Of a stretch of DNA of 64,000 nt, positions 13,565 to 26,742 are shown piece after piece. A program made the translations under genes and the position numbers. Position 1 is the first letter of the stretch. The number at the start of each line of letters is the position of its first letter. The stretch is from assembly GCF_006345805.1 (NCBI RefSeq), contig NC_043009.1:50840001-50904000 (forward strand), written 5' to 3'. The stretch is from Octopus sinensis. Taxonomy: Eukaryota. The notes beneath the pieces were generated by a model. The model saw nothing but the letters and a program-made list of their open reading frames with translations, searched no databases and was not told the origin of the DNA.

Positions 13565-13981
13565 ATTTTGTCTTATGAAGAAAGGCTGAAGACGCTCGAC
13601 CTTTATTCTCTAGAAAAACGACGACGCCGTGGTGATCTCATTCTTGCTCACAACATCATAAGCGGAAAGTGTAACCTCTCGAAAGAGCTGTTCTTCATTC
13701 CTGCTCCAGAGCGTCGGCTGCGGGGTCATTCTGAAAAGCTCTATCTGCGACGATTTCATTCAATCGAAGGAGAGGGGCTTTCTCCGTCCGGGTGCGGATC
13801 CGTGGATGAATAAGCTGCCGGACAAGATGTGAAGATGCCGACGACCACTCGGTTCAAAGTCTCCCTTGACCACATGTGGCCTGAACTCTTTACATGAACA
13901 CCACCCTGTACATTACTCCATGTCCCCCTACATGGTCTTGCTTTTTGCTTTTTGAGCCAAAAAATTAACTAACTAACTAAC
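13565..13981 (+). mobile_element. 5'-truncated CR1-clade LINE 3' end
   Basis: SYEERLKTLDLYSLEKRRRRGDLI...RLRGHSEKL is the typical CR1 ORF2 C-terminal motif; frameshifted; ends in an (AACT)n tail at 13967-13981. Confidence 0.8.
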
Positions 13982-13999
13982 ATCTCTTGTGACTTTACT

Positions 14000-14740
14000 C
14001 AATGCTTCCTTCTTTCTTTCCTTTTTTAAAATTTGGTTCTATAAAACAAGCAGGTGTGGTTTGAAAGGTGTGTGGTTACTATTTCTGACAAGACGACGGG
14101 CCGCGAATAGCAGAGATGAGGAAACATTTTTATACCAGGTTCCAATTGTAAATACATCTCTCCTAGCGAAAGCACACTTGTAGCATAGCTAGGGACACAT
14201 CCCGAAGACAAGCCCTTCTGTCTCGGGTCAGAAGTTAATTGTGTACTTCGGCCTCAAGTTGCTGACTCTCCACAACGATCAAATAAAACTCACCACATTG
14301 CTTCTAGATCTGAGACAATGCTGTTGCTTTGTACACTGATATCCTGTATCGTATGCAGAGGACGTCCACTTGAGTCACTTGTACTCCTTCACAAATAGAT
14401 AGGCTCCAGCTTGGCCCATAAATATGTTGTCTCCTCTCTGTCTTTTCTATGGCTACCATACTGGCCACTGTTTCTCGGATCTGGTTGAGTTCCAATTCCC
14501 ACTCCTCGGGCATTTTCGATCTACTCGCTTCTCCGCTCTTCATCTTCCTTGTGGTATGCGACTCATACTTTCCCCGCTTTGACCACAATCTTCAATCCTT
14601 TACCTCCAGAAAATCGATCCTCTAGAAATTTTTCACAGCTCATGATTTTCCTGCAGGTGTTTGCCTGCTTCAATTCAGAAGGATCGTTAGCGGAACTAAT
14701 CTCGCCACGGCCCTGACCCTTCATCCAGATCTAGCAATAA
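14000..14740 (-). mobile_element. Possible decayed LINE ORF1-like fragment
   Basis: Non-repetitive, coding-like on minus (MSCEKFLEDRFSGGKGLKIVVK...GVQVTQVDVL...IVVE...RRAC) with stops and frameshifts; family uncertain. Confidence 0.3.
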
Positions 14741-14755
14741 AATAAGAGCACACAC

Positions 14756-15017
<262 letters not shown>

Positions 15018-15234
15018 TGACGTGTAAAATTCTCGCTTCTGATTGGCTAAAATACCTAAATTTTGCAAATTTTAAATCCTAATAACTTTTTAATTATAGA
15101 GTTATAGGAAAAATGAAGTTCATTTTCATAATTAGTATAATCAGTATACAAAACTTTAATCTATATACCAAATTTGAAAGCAATTGGAACAAAATTGTTA
15201 AGTGACGAAAACTGCAAAGATCCCATTCTTATTC

Positions 15235-15455
15235 CACCAAGGGAAGTCTACATCAAGCATCTGACATTTTGGTAGAAGGTGACAAGTCGATAACATTGAC
15301 CCCATTACTTGACTGGTACGTATTTTTTATCAAAGCCGAGAAGATGAAAAGCAAAGTAGTCCTCGGTGGTAGAACTCAGAGCGTAAGCGCTGACAAAATC
15401 CCACTAAGCAAGCATTCTGCTTCACGCCCCGACGTTTCTGCCAGTTCTCTGCCTT
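15235..15455 (-). mobile_element. SINE family B, degenerate
   Basis: gccgagaagatgaaaagcaaagtagtcctcggtggtagaactcagagcgtaag. Confidence 0.6.
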
Positions 15456-15503
15456 TCTGCGCTGAGAAATATATTGAAAATGTGTAGTTATATATGTAAA
15501 TAT

Positions 15504-15808
15504 GGAGGCGCAATGGCCCAGTGAATTAGGGCAGCGGACTCGCAGTCGTAGGATCGTGGTTTCGATTCCCGGACCGGGCGTTGTGTGTGTTTATTGAGCG
15601 AAAACACCTAAAAGCTCCGCGAAGCTCCAGCAGGGGGTGATGATCCCTGCTGTACTCTTTCACCACGCTTTCTCTCTTCTGTTGTTGGCCTGCTCGCTTA
15701 GCCAGCAGGGTGGCGTCGTTCGAAGGCTAAAAAAACAATGCGAACGCATTGTGACCAGCGATGTGTAGCAACATCTGATGGTCTGGTCGGTCACGTGATC
15801 ACGTGATA
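15504..15808 (+). mobile_element. SINE family C (tRNA-like head ggaggcgcaatggcccagtg; tail tcacgtgatcacgtga)
   Basis: A/B boxes; five copies in the window. Confidence 0.85.
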
Positions 15809-16154
15809 TGTAAATACTGGGCATATATCATATGTTAATTTAAATCGGTTTTGTTTTAAGACTTTAGCTGTACTGGTGTTCACATAATTTCGTCAGGGAG
15901 CGATTGAAATTTGAATGTCGGTGAAATTTTACCCAGAGGCGAGTGTGTTCCCCACCCTTGTTCTTATGGCTTCTTTTTGGGCTAGCTTTACTAGTAAGTA
16001 GTTAGAGCAAGCTGAGTTCATTTTACTTTGCCAGACTGTCTGTATTTCATGGCCATGTGGGTTACTTGCAAGCATTTCTTGTAAGCTTCTAGACATTTTT
16101 AGCATACATGATCTCCAAAGGTTTGTCTGTCTCTATATGTGTTCGAGTTTTTTT

Positions 16155-16247
16155 TTATGTATGTATGCATGTATGTATGTATGTATGTATGTATGTATGC
16201 ATGTATGTATGTATGTATGCATATATGTATGTATGTATGCGTGCATG

Positions 16248-16278
<31 letters not shown>

Positions 16279-16509
16279 TGTATGTATGTATGTATGAATG
16301 TATGTATGTATGTATGAATGTATGTATGTATGTATGAATGTATGTATGTATGTGTGTGTGTGTGTGTATGTAAGTATGTATGTATGTAAGTATGTATGTG
16401 TGTATGTATGAATGTATGTATGTATGTATGTATGTTATGTATGAATGTATGTATGTATGTATGTATGTATTATGTATGTATGTATGTATGTATGTATGTA
16501 TGTATGTAT

Positions 16510-16540
<31 letters not shown>

Positions 16541-17100
16541 GTATGTATGTATGTGTGTATGTATGTATGTATGTATGTATGTATGTGTGTGTATGTATGT
16601 ATGTAAGTATGTATGTGTGTATGTATGTATGTATGTACATATGAATGTATGTATGTATGCATGTGTGTGTGTCTGTCTGTATGTTTGTATGTATGTATGT
16701 ATGTATCTATGTATGTACGTATGTATGTATGTATGTATGAGTGTGTATGTGTAAGAGCAATGTGTGTATATATAAGTTATGTTTGTGAGTGAATGTGTCT
16801 ATGTGTATGCCTGTATGCGTGTGTTTGTGTGCTTAAAGTGTATGCATGTGCATTTGTTTCGATTTGTACATTTGTGTGCATGCATCTATGCGTGTGTGTG
16901 TTTATGTGTTTTTTTTATATATACGTATGTTTTTTATCTGTATGTTTGTTTGTGTGTGAGCGCACGAGTTTTTTTTTTTTATTATGAGTGTCTTTTATAT
17001 CTTTGTGTATTTGCGTATTTATGTGTATGTATGTGTATGTATGTGTGTATATTTGTGTGTGAGCCCGTGTGTGTATGCTTGTGTCTGTGTATGAGGATGT
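16155..17100. repeat. (TATG)n/(TG)n microsatellite
   Basis: Read directly from the sequence. Confidence 0.9.
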
Positions 17101-17424
17101 GTGTGCAAGTTCTTTGGCTTTCTATAAGGCGATGCACATATTTTATTATAATTAGAGCTGTGCTGTCGTGTTACCAAAAGATTACGTCTTTCGATTCGCT
17201 TCTACCACATTCCTGGTTATAATGTCTGTTAATTCTTCTTCGCAACTTTTTTAAAGTTCATCTGCGCCTCATGGTGTAGGCATGGAGCGGGTGGGGTGGG
17301 TGGAACTCTACAAAAAAAAACAGAGGTTTGGGTGTTGTTTTCTCCGAATGATGTAATATGAAGAAGCAAAATGTAAGTGAGAGATGTCTACCAACTCGGC
17401 TTAACATGGTTTCACACTCATATT

Positions 17425-17636
17425 CTTTTCTACTCTAGGCACAAGGCCCAAAATTTTTGGGGAGGGGCCAGTTGATTAGATCGACCTCAGTACTCAACTG
17501 GTACTTAATTTATCGACCCCGAAAGAACGAAAGGCAAAGCCGACTTCGGCGGAATTTGAACTCAGAACGTAAAAACAGACGAAATACAGCTCAGCATTTC
17601 GCCTGTCGCGCTAATGTTTCTGCTAGCTCGCCGCCT
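17425..17636 (-). mobile_element. SINE family B, tail type 2 (...gtgcctagagtagaaaag)
   Basis: Full copy flanked by cacactcatatt at 17413-17424 and 17642-17653. Confidence 0.85.
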
Positions 17637-17655
17637 TATTACACACTCATATTGT

Positions 17656-18425
17656 TTTCTGCTCTAGGCACAATGCCCAACAATTTTGGGGAAAGAGGCC
17701 AGTCGATTACATCTACCCCAGTACTCAACTGGTACTTAATTTATCGACCCCGAAAGATGAAAGGCAAAGTCGACCTCAGCGGAATTTGAACTCAGAACGT
17801 AATGATAGACGAAATACCTATTTCTTAACTACCCACAACGGGCTAAACACAGAGGGGTGGACAGACAAGGACAGACAAACGGATTAAGTCGATTACATCG
17901 ACCCCAGTGTGTAACTGGTACTTAATTTATCGACCTCGAAAGGATGAAAGGCAAAGTCGACCTCAGCGGAATTTGAACTCAGAACGTAATGATAGACGAA
18001 ATACCTATTTCTTAACTACCCACAACGGGCTAAACACAGTGGGGTGGACAGACAAGGACAGACAAACGGATTAAGTCGATTATATCGACCCCAGTGTGTA
18101 ACTGGTACTTAATTTATCGACCTCGAAAGGATGAAAGGCAAAGTCGACTTCGGCGGAATTTGAAGTCAGAACGTAATGATAGACGAAATACCTATTTCTT
18201 TATTACCCACAAGGGGCTAAACACAGAGGGGACAAACAAGGACAGACATAGGTATTAAGTCGATTATATCGACCCCAGTGCGTAACTGGTACTTATTTTA
18301 TCGACCCCGAAAGGATGAAAGGCAAAGTCGACCTCGGCGGAATTTGAACTCACAACGTAACGCAGACGAAATACCGCTAAGCATTTAGCCCGGCGTGCTA
18401 ACGTTTCTGCCAACTCGTCGCATTG
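17656..18425 (-). mobile_element. Composite SINE B: one head, three tail-type-1 units (periods 183,187,187) and a terminal tail-type-2 unit
   Basis: gaaatacc at 17811, 17998, 18185, 18368; 17-bp TSD ttacacactcatattgt at 17639-17655 and 18426-18442. Confidence 0.85.
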
Positions 18426-18920
18426 TTACACACTCATATTGTATCACATACTGTTGTTCTTGGTGTTATTGTAAGGAAAAGGTCAGTGGCATAATTAGGG
18501 TGCGTGCCGCCTGGGCCAGCCATTGAGCTTGCACCAACTCCACCCCTGCTCCTGCCTTCGTCCCTAAACAGGCTCTAATAGCAGACCCAAATGTGTCTTC
18601 CCATCAATAAAAGCGTCACTTGGGGCGGACAGCCTTCTTACCATCCTCTTCAAGTCTTCTTCCAACTCATCATTTTGCTTCTAGATTACTGACCATGGCT
18701 GTGTGGGTAAGAAGCTTGGTCTTTGGTTCAGTCCCACAGTGCGGCACCCCAAGCAAGTGTCTCCTGTTGTAACCTCGGGACGACCAAAGTCTTGCGAGTG
18801 GATTTCGTTGACGGGAGCTAAGAGAAGTATGACTTATATGCATGCGCATATATATATATATAATATTAATATATATATATACATACATACATACATACAT
18901 AATATATATATATATATATC

Positions 18921-18951
<31 letters not shown>

Positions 18952-19030
18952 TTAATATATACATACATACATACATATATATATAATCTATATATTATAT
19001 ATATATATATATATCTATATATAATATATA

Positions 19031-19370
19031 GGCGCAGGAGTAGCTGTGTGGTAAGTAGCTTGCTTACCAACCATATGGTTCTGGGTTCAGTCCCACTGCG
19101 TGGCACCATGAGCAGGCGTCTTCTACTATAGCCCCGGGCCGACAAAAGTGAGTAGACGCAAACTGAAATGTGTGTGTATGTTTTGGTTGTGCTTGTCCCC
19201 ACTACTGCTTGACAACAAGTGTTGATTTGTTTACACCCCATACCCCAGCAGTTCGTCAAAAGAGTTCGCTAGAATACGTACTACACTTGAAAAACAAAAG
19301 TACTGGGACCGATTTGTTTTACAAAACCTTTCAAAGCAGTCCATTGACTAAAACAAGTAAAGAATAAAAG
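19031..19370 (+). mobile_element. SINE family A (diverged)
   Basis: ggcgcaggagtagctgtgtggtaag head and degenerate 3' domain. Confidence 0.8.
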
Positions 19371-19624
19371 GTATCAGCTAACGAGTGAACCTCTCTATGG
19401 CTGCTTGACCTGCTAGGAAACTAAGCCAAATCTCTCTCAAATTCTTCCCTGATGTCTTAAATAAGGAATAGGCTGATTTGCACAATGTAGTGTCGGAAAT
19501 ACTCTCCACCGCTACCCAAAAAAACGGAACGGTCGCGGCCGAAACGCCTTTACTTACTTAGAGCTGATCTAGAGCTAAGCAGTGAACCACGTTTTCGGAA
19601 CAATATTGTTCTCTTTCATAAGAC

Positions 19625-19835
19625 AGCGAGCTGGCAGAAACGTTATCACCCCGTGCGAAATGCTTAGCAGTATTTTGTGTTTTTACCTTCTGAGTTCAAA
19701 TTCCACCGAGGTCGACCTTGCCTTTTAACCTTACGGGGTCAATAATTAAGTACCAGTTGCGTACTGGGGTCGATCTGATCGACTGGCGGCCTCTCCACAA
19801 AATTTCGAGCCTTTGTGCCTAGAGTAGAAAAGATT
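19625..19835 (+). mobile_element. SINE family B, tail type 2
   Basis: gcgagctggcagaaacgttatc...ttgtgcctagagtagaaaag. Confidence 0.8.
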
Positions 19836-20010
19836 ATTGTCCTCTTTCATAATTATTTAAGTTGAAGTTAATATCTTTTTTTTAATTAAATTTAAAACAC
19901 CTGTTAAATATCTATCAAAAAGTAAAAATATTGGTACATGTGTAAGCAGAGTCGTATTAAGATCCATATAGGCCTTAAACACTTAAAACATTTTGGTACC
20001 CCATATACAT

Positions 20011-20041
<31 letters not shown>

Positions 20042-20791
20042 TATATAGATATATATATATATATATATATAAGAAATTAAAAAAGGAAATACGCACACTT
20101 ACATGGTTTTAATATAATTTTTAATATATCGACCGGTTTCGCTATCGCTATTCATGATATGTTTAATTTATATGAATATATATTTTTGTTAAGAAGGAAT
20201 TTGGTCCATGCTGTTTGTGATGAAATTCACGAGTGAATATATATAATTCAAAATGTAAACCATGAAATATATTTCATGCATTTCAAAATAAAATAAAACT
20301 AACAGTAAGATGGAAAGTGGCGTATGTTTTTGTATACTTCCAGTTTATATTTGAAAAGTTTACTCTAACCTTTATTCAATTGCGAAGTCAATGGTCACAT
20401 GCCCAAAATTAATCTTACGTAACACATCTTCTACACTTAGTAGAGATAAGGTATTTTGAATATTATTTTAGCAAGTTTAAAGTGAAATTCTTTTGTGCTG
20501 TAAACTTTTTACCATTTTTGTGGTGCCCTCACTTCTCTTAATGCTCTAAGCACGTGCTTATTTTGCATAATGGTTAATCCGGCGCTAGGCGTAAGGTATA
20601 ACTATTTTATCAAACAGCGAAACAGAAATACTACTTCGAAGCTTTACCTACAAAATTCCTCATGTAATTCTGTCTGATATGAGAATTATGTGGCCAACCT
20701 GGTTTCATATTACATGAAAGAGCAAGGGAGTAACAGCTTAATGGTTAGAGCATCTCTTCCAGTTTTGATTTTAGTTTGATATAGTATCAAA

Positions 20792-21188
20792 CAGGAGTGG
20801 ATGTGTGGTAAGTATCTTGCTAACCAACCACATGGTTCCGGGTTCAGTCCCACTGCGTGGCATCTTGGGCAAGTGTCTTCTGCTATAGCCCCGGGCCGAC
20901 CAATGCCTTGTGAGTGGATTTGGTAGACGGAAACTGAAAGAAGCCTGTCGTATATATGTATATATATATATATGTATGTGTGTGTGTTTGTGTGTCTGTG
21001 TTTGTCCCCCTAGCATTGCTTGACAACCGATGCTGGTGTGTGTTTAAGTCCCCGTTATAGTGGTTCGGCAAAAGAGACCGATAGATAAGTACTGGGCTTA
21101 CAAAGAATAAGTCCGGGGGTCGATTTGCTCGACTAAAGGCGGTGCTCCAGCATGGCCGCAGTCAAATGACTGAAACAAGTAAAAGAGT
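20792..21188 (+). mobile_element. SINE family A
   Basis: Near full-length match. Confidence 0.85.
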
Positions 21189-21651
21189 ATCCCTTTATTT
21201 TGACATTATCTCAATAAGGTGTGGTCTTGTGGTTAGGGTGTTCGAATCACGATCATATAATTGCTGGACAGGGTGGCATGCTCCGTCCTTGAGCGAGACA
21301 CTTCACTTCGCGTTGTTCCAACCTATTCAGTTGTAAATATCATGTAAGGCTCACAATGTAATACCGACCCCGCATTTAGGACTTCATATACAGGCGTCTG
21401 AGCTCACATCCAAACAAACAAACAAACAAACAAAAAAATGCGGTAAAAACAAACAAAAACAACGCACCCGACTGATTGACATGAAGTCAATGACCAACTC
21501 ATTCAAACCATTTAAGGGTAACTTGAGGACCGTGAGATTTTCTGGATGGAACGCTTAACGGAAATTTACATTGAAATCTTTTAGTAATGCTGTCGCATGA
21601 TGATAAGGTGTCTTATGTGGCCCGATCTTCGAAAAAGGGTTGCACATACCT

Positions 21652-22067
21652 ATTTCTTTACTACCCACGAGGGGCTAAACACAGAGAGGACAAACAAGGA
21701 CGGACAAACGGATTAAGTCGATAATATCGACCCAAGTGTGTAACTGGTACTTATTTAATCGACCCCGAAAGGATGAAAGGCAAAGTCGACCTCGACGGAA
21801 TTCGAACTCAGAACGTAGCGGCAGATGAAATACCTATTTCTTTATTACCCACAAGGGGCTAAACACAGAGGGGACAAACAAGGACAGACAAGCGGATTAA
21901 GTCGATTATATCGACCTCAGTGCGAAACTGGTACTTATTTAATCGACCCCGAAAGGATGAAAGGCAAAGTCGACCTCGGCGGAATTCGAACTCAGAACGT
22001 AGCGGCAGATGAAATACCGCTAAGCATTTCGCCCGGCGCGCTAACGTTTCTGCCAGCTCACCGCCTT
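21652..22067 (-). mobile_element. Dimeric SINE B (head + two tail-type-1 units)
   Basis: 13-bp TSD gttgcacatacct at 21639-21651 and 22068-22080; internal junction gaaatacc|tatttc near 21828-21840. Confidence 0.85.
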
Positions 22068-22489
22068 GTTGCACATACCTGCTGCACAGAGACGTGCTGT
22101 ATCCTCTCTTTGTCTTTTCAGGGACACCTACATTGGCCGCTGCTTTTGGGAGTGACAAGTCTGAAGCTATCTCCGCTAACTCGTTTTAAGCATAGCTAGC
22201 GTATGAACTACTCAGGACAACCCGAGACGCTGCTCCCTTGCACTCGAACCCCAATCTCCATACAGGTTAATACAGTGCGGCACTCCTAAAGACGTCGCCT
22301 GAAACGGATTGCACCCCTTACACCCGGTCCATCCCAGCTGTGTTAGTACAGATATAAACAACGCACACTCACATACACACACGAAGGAGGGAGGGAGTAA
22401 GGAAAGAATATTCTACGAAAGCTAAGAGGAAAATCTAAAGAAAACGATACAAAAATTCACAAATACGCACGCGCTTCTGTATGTGTGTG

Positions 22490-22604
22490 TATGCATAAAC
22501 TATATGTATAATGTAGACATGTGTTGTGTAATATATATAAATATATAATATATATATATTATATATATATATATATGTATATATAGATATATATATATAT
22601 ATAT

Positions 22605-22641
<37 letters not shown>

Positions 22642-22935
22642 GATATATATAATATATATATATATATGTGTGTGGTGTGTATGTATGTATATATACACAC
22701 ATATTTATGCATATATATATGCATATGTATGTATATGTATATATATATATACACACAAACATATACATATTTTTATATATATAATATATATATACATATA
22801 TGCGCATGTATGTATATATCATATATATATATATATATTATATATTATATATATATATATATAGATATACACATATATATATATACATACATTTATACAT
22901 ATATATGCATACAAATAGTCTGTATATGTATATGC

Positions 22936-22985
<50 letters not shown>

Positions 22986-23652
22986 GAAGGGTGTTGTTAT
23001 ACATATATTTGTATATGTGGATGTAAGTATATGTGTATGTGCGCGCGTGCGATTATGTGAGTGATGTAATTTGTATACATCTATCTACAGCCTACTGCTT
23101 CTCAGTGTCTATTCCTATACGCATTAACCAGGAGTGTATGGTGTATATAGTTTTAGTTGAGGATTAAGTCATTCAACTATACACATATATACATCCAAAC
23201 ATACATACCTATACACAAACACACGCACACACACATACATCTATATACACACACATATATATATGTACATACATGTGTCTTAATATATATACATATGTAT
23301 ATACATATGTGTGTGTGTGTGTGTATATACATTGTTACCATGGAAATTGAAACGTTCATTTCACATGTCTAGGTTATCACTAAACCTAGTTTAAAGTAAT
23401 CACAGGCTATCACCCGCCCTTTCCCAGCACAACTATCGATTTTAAGAGTACATTTGACGCTTGTGAAACAGCATAACACGCACTATACACACACACACAA
23501 ATATATATTCATATGTATGTATGTATGTATGTATCAATGCTTGTACGTATGTATGTATGTATTGCATGTATATCTATACATATATATATGTATGTTAATA
23601 TTATATATATATATATATATTATATACACACACACACACAACAAATTATATA

Positions 23653-23684
<32 letters not shown>

Positions 23685-24089
23685 ACATATATATATAATA
23701 ATACACACACCACACACAAATATATATATACATATATACACACCACACACACATATTATATATATGTGTATGTATATATACATATATATATATATATCTA
23801 AGAATATATATATATATATATATATATAGGGAGGAGTATGTGCGTGCGTGTATAGTGTGTGAGAATACATGTTATCTATAAATACGCATACATAGATATG
23901 TACACACGAACATATACACTTATATTCATTTAGTTATTAACCATACATACATATATTCACTCAGCTATCTATCTGTCCATGCATACGTGTATACATACAT
24001 ACATACATACATACATACATACATACATGCATACATACATACATACATACATACATACATACATACATTCATACATACACGTACATACA

Positions 24090-24123
<34 letters not shown>

Positions 24124-24490
24124 CACACATACATACATACATACACATACATACATACATATATACATACATACATACATACATACGTAGGTACATACAT
24201 ACATACACAGAAACAAAAATACCCTGTTGTTGATGTTGAAAATCCAATAAAGGAACTTTAGATTTAGGTTAGAAACCAGTTCTTTCGCTATTGGCAAGAA
24301 ATCTTGAAATAAACTGAAAAATGACATACATACATACATACATACATACATACATACATACATACATGCATGCATACATACATACATACATACATACATA
24401 CATACATACATACATGCATGCATACATACATACATACATACATACATACATACATACATACATACATACATACATACATACATACATACA
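22490..24490. repeat. (AT)n, (CA)n and (TACA)n blocks
   Basis: Read directly from the sequence. Confidence 0.9.
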
Positions 24491-25408
24491 CAACGCACTA
24501 TCTTTTGTTTCGGTATATTTAGGATTTGTCATTTTCGCCTTATTTACTTCCTCATGCGCCAGGCAAGTAGAACTTTTTGGGGAAGTGGACCGCATGGGTC
24601 ATGCCTCACCTTCAAGCGGGCCACATGGCTCATGACTCAACATCAAGTGGGCTGCACTATTAAAAATATTCAAGGTAATGATTCATTTAGGCGTGCCATC
24701 AAGAAAGTTCCGCAAGCCGCAGTTCGCTCACGGCTGTCACAGACTTTTACAGAACCCTACACTCAGTGAAGTAAGTCATCTTGATCAGCTATAGGTAGGC
24801 TTTGACCATCACATTGACCACTGAAAGGTTCTGTGCACACATTTTACTGTTTCTAAAAATACAAAAGAGTCTCAATTTTAAAGTACTCGATGCCTTTTGG
24901 GTAGTGTTTTGTGTCGCTATCTGTCTAAGTTTTGTTGTCCGCATACTAAAAAATTATCGTCGTCTCGGCTCTCTGAATTACAATCTATAGGCGCAGGCTG
25001 GCTGTGTGGTTAAGGAACTCGCTTTGAAACCTTGTGATTTTGGTTTCGGTCGCAGTGCGCGGTCTGTTAGGCAAGTGTCTTCTACAGTATTCCCGCGCAT
25101 ACTAATGACTTGTGAGGGAAAACCCGTTCTATATATATATATATGCAACGTATATCTATGTACATACGTATGTCTATATGTGTATATACATACGTATATC
25201 TATATATGTGTGTGTGGGGGGGGGGTTCATGTGTTATTGTGTTTGTGTTTGCCCCACTTCTTCCAACCGATTGACAGCCAGTGTTGGTTCGTTTACATAC
25301 CCTGACCATTTTGCAGTTTGGCAAAATGGTCCAATATAACAACAACAACAACAACAACAAGAAAGAAGAAGACTAACCAAACAGATAGATAGATAGATAG
25401 ATAGATAG

Positions 25409-25468
<60 letters not shown>

Positions 25469-25669
25469 GTACTTCCGTGTTCTGACGAGGGAAAAATCGA
25501 GTAGTTACATCGAGTGAGATCATTTATTGGAAGCTAAAACTTCGCAGCTTGTTACTTGGAGTTTCTCGTTGAGCGAAAGCCTATTTCAGCAGACAAAATG
25601 GCGTTAATCCTTTGTGCAACGGTCAAATCGTTGTTACTAAATAGTTTGCCGTATGAGGTTTATTAATAC

Positions 25670-26170
25670 ATAGAAGACCTATTCGGGAATCTCTTAGTGG
25701 ATGCCTACTGCAACTGGCAACAATCTGGAAGCATTTGCATTCGGATAAAGCCATAGCGACGACACTTCTGAAAAAGAATCCAAACAAAAGTGTGGTTTAT
25801 AACGGTGCTAATTAGACACAAGAGAGGCTTCTATTTGGTGGTCAAAGTAAGTGGCGATCTAACGGAAACTTTTTGCATCATGTACTAGGTCCTCCCAGAA
25901 TGCCCCTCTTCATCTCTCTTACACGTTTTAACGATGGAATTATTAATGGAGAAGTCGGAAACCTACAGTGGCAACTCATTCGAACTTTGACATAGAAGAA
26001 CTGTTTCTGTATATACAATCAATGTCACAGTCATGGTGCCGACTGCCCTGAAGTCAGAGACTTCGAGGGAGTTGGCACTATACTTGGAGGTTACGGGGAT
26101 AAATTCAACCTAGAGTTGGAGAAGCAAATCTATGCGATATTTCGGTTAACCTTTTGATACCTGTTACAAA
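25670..26170 (+). mobile_element. Decayed Tx1/L1-clade RT fragment
   Basis: EDLFGNLLVDAYCNWQQSGSI, IATTLLKKNPNK and EVTG-KINLE-like motifs; stops and deletions. Confidence 0.5.
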
Positions 26171-26373
26171 ACTTGATGCAATATCAGTGAGCGATGCATT
26201 CGGCCATTTTGAGTGAAAACGAAAGTCCGACGCACGCGCGCACAACACGTATATATGCTAGGCGTAACAGGCGGGAAATGATGCGGCCTACGGCGCAAAA
26301 TTTTTTCACGCATGCGCAAGAAGGGTGGTGTCACCTCCATCCCAAAGGATTTTGCCCACGCGGTATTAGTTTT

Positions 26374-26601
26374 GGCGAGCTGGCAGAAACGTTAGTACGC
26401 CGGGCGAAATGCTTAGCATTATTTCGTCTGCCGTTACGTTGTGAGTTCAAATTCCGCCGAGGTCGACTTCGCCTTTCATCCTTTCGGGGTCGATAAATTA
26501 AGTACCAGTTACGTACTGGGGTCGATGTAATCGACTTAATTCGTTTGTCTGTCCTTGTTTGTCCCCTCTGTGTTTAGCCCCTTGTGGGTAATAAAGAAAT
26601 A
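26374..26601 (+). mobile_element. SINE family B, tail type 1 (monomer)
   Basis: TSD ggtattag(t/a)tttggc at 26362-26376 and 26602-26616 (14/15). Confidence 0.85.
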
Positions 26602-26711
26602 GGTATTAGATTTGGCAGGAAAAAATAAAGTCACTTACTTTTTGAACGCATCCCGTATATATGTATGTCTGTGTGTGTATGTGTGTATGTGTGTGTGTGA
26701 AGACAAAACTG

Positions 26712-26742
<31 letters not shown>

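Noticed and set aside
15504-15580. tRNA-like sequences at SINE A and C heads
   Set aside because: A/B boxes are present but there is no complete cloverleaf and they continue into multicopy SINE bodies.
17811-18370. Regularly spaced repeats suggesting a CRISPR array or satellite
   Set aside because: Units are ~185-bp SINE bodies with no unique spacers; eukaryotic context.
20125-20160. Further hammerhead-like strings (GAAACCGGTC here; also 37060-37095, 33975-34030, 63785-63845)
   Set aside because: Core CUGANGA is mutated or stems I/II cannot be formed; too degenerate to support.
22080-22200. Possible exon: plus-strand acceptor at ~22121 or minus-strand donor at 22079
   Set aside because: Each has only one good splice site and short frames with no recognisable product.
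24554-24776. ORF ending just before a GTAAGT donor
   Set aside because: The stop precedes the donor, the acceptor is weak and no homology is recognised.
25383-25700. (AGAT)n next to the 25.7-kb Tx1 fragment and (ATCT)n next to the 14-kb fragment as extra evidence of GATA targeting
   Set aside because: Orientation relative to the element is opposite to the 35-kb case, only one side is flanked, and GATA tracts are common.
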